A stretch of 64,000 bases of DNA, from IMG/VR virus record IMGVR_UViG_3300045988_130366; one strand, given 5' to 3'. Below, one piece after another: positions 61,701 through 64,000 of this stretch. A program made the translations under genes and the position numbers. Each line of letters starts with the position of its first letter. The first letter of the stretch is position 1. This DNA comes from a virus. The notes under the pieces were generated by a model, which was not told where the DNA came from, ran no database searches, and saw only the letters and a list, made by a program, of their open reading frames with translations.

Positions 61701-64000
61701 ATAGAAATTTTAAAACCTAACATCGTATTAGAACGTCGTTGTGGCAAAGTAATTCTTAAATACCCTGTTTTAACTTCAGTTTTAGTTGTATAGCTTCCTC
61801 CATCTGGGAAAGCAATAAAATTATCTCGTCCTGTTGCATTAAAAGCTGCATAACCTTTATTATTAATAGAAGCAACATTAGTATTACCAGCTCTAAAAAT
61901 CCATCCTCTATTAGAAGTACTATCCATAGTAAAATAAGTTGCCCAATCATTACAAACAGCTCCATGAGAATCAAATGTGCCAACTCCTGAAAAAGCAATT
62001 CCATAAGTAGGAAGTGACCCAGTTCCTCCATAGTTACCTCCAAATAAAGAGATACCCTTTCCAGTCTTATCAGATGTATTTGTAATTCCAATATGAGTTG
62101 CATATAATGTATCAGAAAAATATCCTGTACCAGAAACCATTAAACGATGACTTCCATTAGCATCTGTACCTATTCCAACTTGACCATTTTGATTAATTCC
62201 AATAGCAATTATATCTGCCTGACCTTGATTATCAGCATATAATCTTAATACATTGCTGACTCCAGAACCAGTTCCAATATATTTTAATCCATATTCATAA
62301 TATTGTTTAGTAGAAGTCCCCGAACTAATTTGCCATAGCCAGTTGTCAGTATCATTTCCATTCATCCAGATTACTGGATTTTGATTATTTGCGGTAAAGT
62401 TTTTATAAATACCGCCTGAATTTGCTAATGGTTCAATAACTCCATTATCTCTAATAACTAATAAATTTTTCCAACTGGATGCCGCATCTTCACTTTGTTG
62501 AAAAGTAAATACAGGAGTATTTGCAGTTGAATCATCTGTGGTTAATAATCTTTGTCTATATGTATCTGAGTCCCAATAAATACTTGTTCTTGCCCCAGTC
62601 ATATATATATTATTAGCTACTCTTATATTACCTTGAAATAAAGAATCACCTTTAACATAAAAAGTATAACTTCCTACAGGAGAAGTGTCTCCAATAGAGA
62701 TTTGAGTTGAACTGGCATAATGATGAGAAGCTTGTATGGCATTAGCTCCATTAGTCCATACTAATCTATTTGCGGTTTGTCCATATAAATTAAGATTAGT
62801 TACATAAAGAGTTCTCCATGCTAATGCTTGTGTGCCTAAATCATATGCATTAGTTTGATTAGGATTTACATGGCTATTAAAAGTAAAATATCCTCCACCC
62901 TCTTTCACAAAACGCATATTTCCGTTATCAGAAATATCCGTTTGAATATATCCATATCTTTTAGAAGAGGTATCTCCTTTTTTAGTGTACCATCCAATCC
63001 AGTTATCTCCAGACAAATATTTTTGACCAAACCATCCTGCATTAGCTTGAATACTTGCTGTACCAGTCTCACCACCAAAAATAAATATTGATGGAATTTC
63101 TTTAGAAGTCTTTTTTCTATATCCAAAATAAATTCTGGTAGAAGGATTTGTTCCACCAAAGTTTATTTCATTATTATTCTCAACATAAACTTTTATAGTG
63201 CCGCTATCTGAAGTAAAACCATCTGAAGCTTTTACTCCACCAGTAGTATTTATAGAGTCAGAATCTGTATTTTCTACAGCAAATTTTTTTCCACCATAAA
63301 TTCTAACATAACTACTGTCTTTCATATAAATACCGCCACCATGAGCGGAATTTTGCCATCCTGTAGAAGGTGCATTTGAGAAAAACCAGCCTGAAGAAGT
63401 AACATTGAAAAAATTTGGATTAGTCTTTGCATTAGCTGTTGTAGAAACTTTGACATCTGCCCAATAATAATTATTTATATAAGAGGTATAATTTGAAGAA
63501 TCTAAAACTGTACTCCAAGTTTCATCCCAAATAGAGACACCTTTTTCACCAGCTTTTGCACCTCTTATTGCCATATGCGGTTTGGCATCTGCAGTAATCG
63601 CTAATTGAGCACCCCATCCAGAACCATCCCAACCAAAAGTCAAAACATGTGAGTCTCCTACTGGAGGCTTTCCTGTTTTTGTAATTGAACTGGCTAATGA
63701 ATAAGTCACTCTACTTTGATATTTATCTGAATTTATTTGATAATCAATATTTTCTTGTCTATTACTTGGATTTAAAAATAAGCTATTTGCTCTACTGGCT
63801 ATAGTCGCACTGTCTGCATTACCTTGAAATCTTGTAGATTGAATTAAATTAAAACCAGAAATACTGGCTGGTAAAATTAATTCCAATAAAGCACCAGTTA
63901 ACTTAGTAACTACACCTGTTTCACCAGTAGTTGCATTAGCAACTTTACTAATTTTAAAAGTAACATCGTGGTCTAATCCAGCTGTATTTACAGAATGAGC
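58751..64000 (-). CDS. giant tail fibre / receptor-binding structural protein (partial; N-terminus lies beyond window end)
   Basis: Open frame continues without stop to position 64000; >1750 aa, Gly/Ser/Thr/Asn/Trp/Tyr-rich beta-type composition typical of phage fibres. Confidence 0.6.
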   Translation of the reverse strand, partial: AHSVNTAGLDHDVTFKISKVANATTGETGVVTKLTGALLELILPASISGFNLIQSTRFQGNADSATIASRANSLFLNPSNRQENIDYQINSDKYQSRVTYSLASSITKTGKPPVGDSHVLTFGWDGSGWGAQLAITADAKPHMAIRGAKAGEKGVSIWDETWSTVLDSSNYTSYINNYYWADVKVSTTANAKTNPNFFNVTSSGWFFSNAPSTGWQNSAHGGGIYMKDSSYVRIYGGKKFAVENTDSDSINTTGGVKASDGFTSDSGTIKVYVENNNEINFGGTNPSTRIYFGYRKKTSKEIPSIFIFGGETGTASIQANAGWFGQKYLSGDNWIGWYTKKGDTSSKRYGYIQTDISDNGNMRFVKEGGGYFTFNSHVNPNQTNAYDLGTQALAWRTLYVTNLNLYGQTANRLVWTNGANAIQASHHYASSTQISIGDTSPVGSYTFYVKGDSLFQGNIRVANNIYMTGARTSIYWDSDTYRQRLLTTDDSTANTPVFTFQQSEDAASSWKNLLVIRDNGVIEPLANSGGIYKNFTANNQNPVIWMNGNDTDNWLWQISSGTSTKQYYEYGLKYIGTGSGVSNVLRLYADNQGQADIIAIGINQNGQVGIGTDANGSHRLMVSGTGYFSDTLYATHIGITNTSDKTGKGISLFGGNYGGTGSLPTYGIAFSGVGTFDSHGAVCNDWATYFTMDSTSNRGWIFRAGNTNVASINNKGYAAFNATGRDNFIAFPDGGSYTTKTEVKTGYLRITLPQRRSNTMLGFKISIYNYSSDTSCEYVIKGYNYQDGVWHNCTAYSIGHNGNLSISNLPVRYGETASNNVIYIGDVATNWRYPQIQIHDVTVGFNNYEYKKWCCNWNIDFVTTLENVTGSVDKPNSSYAATKLLNTRNIWGQPFDGTADVTGQLSGATRVMNRSTQPLYLGNADNSNWVFTQDICSHSGASNWAINISGYSWFNYTNIGYQYDSRDSGYRLRVNGASYIDGNLTIPNKSCFTGILGSNSSTNSGNVGGLTWFDIEGTAGAAVDTNDTPSSAWWYVLRNRHTNTSNNYYTDIAIPFNDNSIYYKIVRNGSVAYSKWIQVLDVNNYTYTLDGRYVLKTGDTMTGNLNFTNNKGIHGSMAGGSDYWEIIGSGTEDNGRLKIKVGDNATTDWLDFEFKDWSDTPENSTVYNPMQMTGNKVIINCRLYEKEWIQFDNYTGLYSPNNDAHLFPNNVSTYGQWAINGSKGGYSGIHLGKDTNYMTIIDSGEHKGLFQQGFNWIVYFKKSSNQVGIRTSSLSGYSITCKGDVYVQDGWLRTTGSTGWYSESYGGGWYMSDSIWMRSYNDKPIYTAGGIYSPHANIFICASNEFNFIPDSYNNKLWFNYQSWSRPTPGSKNSSLISEYRFGNGQQGLVDYVYANTFVGSLSGTATNATHATNADNADTTDGVHLEWSGEQAASATDWIAGWSADGKKIKAVRRSALATKNSDVAAKLGQSGNVAIPMTFYWNGQGGQPNWIWGGNDGTNMYVYSPSNFSVSNAGYIRSMGNQKAESGRTAARGGVYTYNMNDQTANGAPTTYLSVVGFGNGTSGHIEIAGQWTGSSGLWMRGLRDCCDDWYSWNRIWCQGNSVTGAVWNDYAECRQSDCSEPGRVVFEKGDDTLTKTEKRLQHFAGVISDTWGFSQGETDKAKTNIAVAGRVLVYTYQNRNNYKPGDCVCAAPDGTIDIMTREEIIKFPDRIVGIVSCVPDYEEWGGGKNADRDPVKINGRIWIKVK

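Overview
AT-rich (~30% GC), densely packed, mostly plus-strand coding window. It looks like the replication and nucleotide-metabolism region of a large (jumbo-type) tailed phage of a low-GC Gram-positive, probably anaerobic, host. A converging minus-strand structural block follows from ~55.2 kb and ends in a >1700-aa fibre protein that runs off the window.

Recognisable genes include:
- DNA gyrase subunits B and A
- NAD-dependent DNA ligase
- DnaE-type polymerase, DnaB-like helicase, DnaG-like primase and a RecJ-like exonuclease
- a Dda-like helicase and a Sak4-like ATPase
- RNase H, a RuvC-like resolvase and dUTPase
- a guanylate-kinase-like dNMP kinase
- anaerobic ribonucleotide reductase NrdD with its activase NrdG
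- a PIN-PhoH protein, an SPFH/flotillin protein and an SH3b-containing lysin with a holin-like neighbour.

The most striking sequence-level feature is five group I introns. Each carries a homing-endonuclease ORF (four GIY-YIG, one HNH) and all share the same 3' core (…TGTATCGACTATCC…CTATTGATACG…ATAGTCAGT…G). Together they split gyrB into three exons, dnaE into two and nrdD into three. Junctions could be mapped by eye from protein conservation. There are also free-standing HNH, Vsr-like and GIY-YIG nucleases, including a membrane-anchored GIY-YIG.

The best candidate for an undescribed system is a translationally coupled operon at 47969-54509. It encodes an Asn/Ser/Gly-rich, Cys-repeat protein saturated with N-x-S/T sequons, followed by two paralogous radical-SAM/SPASM enzymes and three unknown proteins. 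This looks like a protein- or peptide-maturation module inside a phage.

Other items worth follow-up:
- a Pnkp-like kinase/phosphoesterase pair
- a +1-frameshifted Dda helicase gene
- a divergent ThyX-fold protein
- conserved extended -10 promoters
- GC-rich intergenic islands.

No tRNA, rRNA or CRISPR array was seen.
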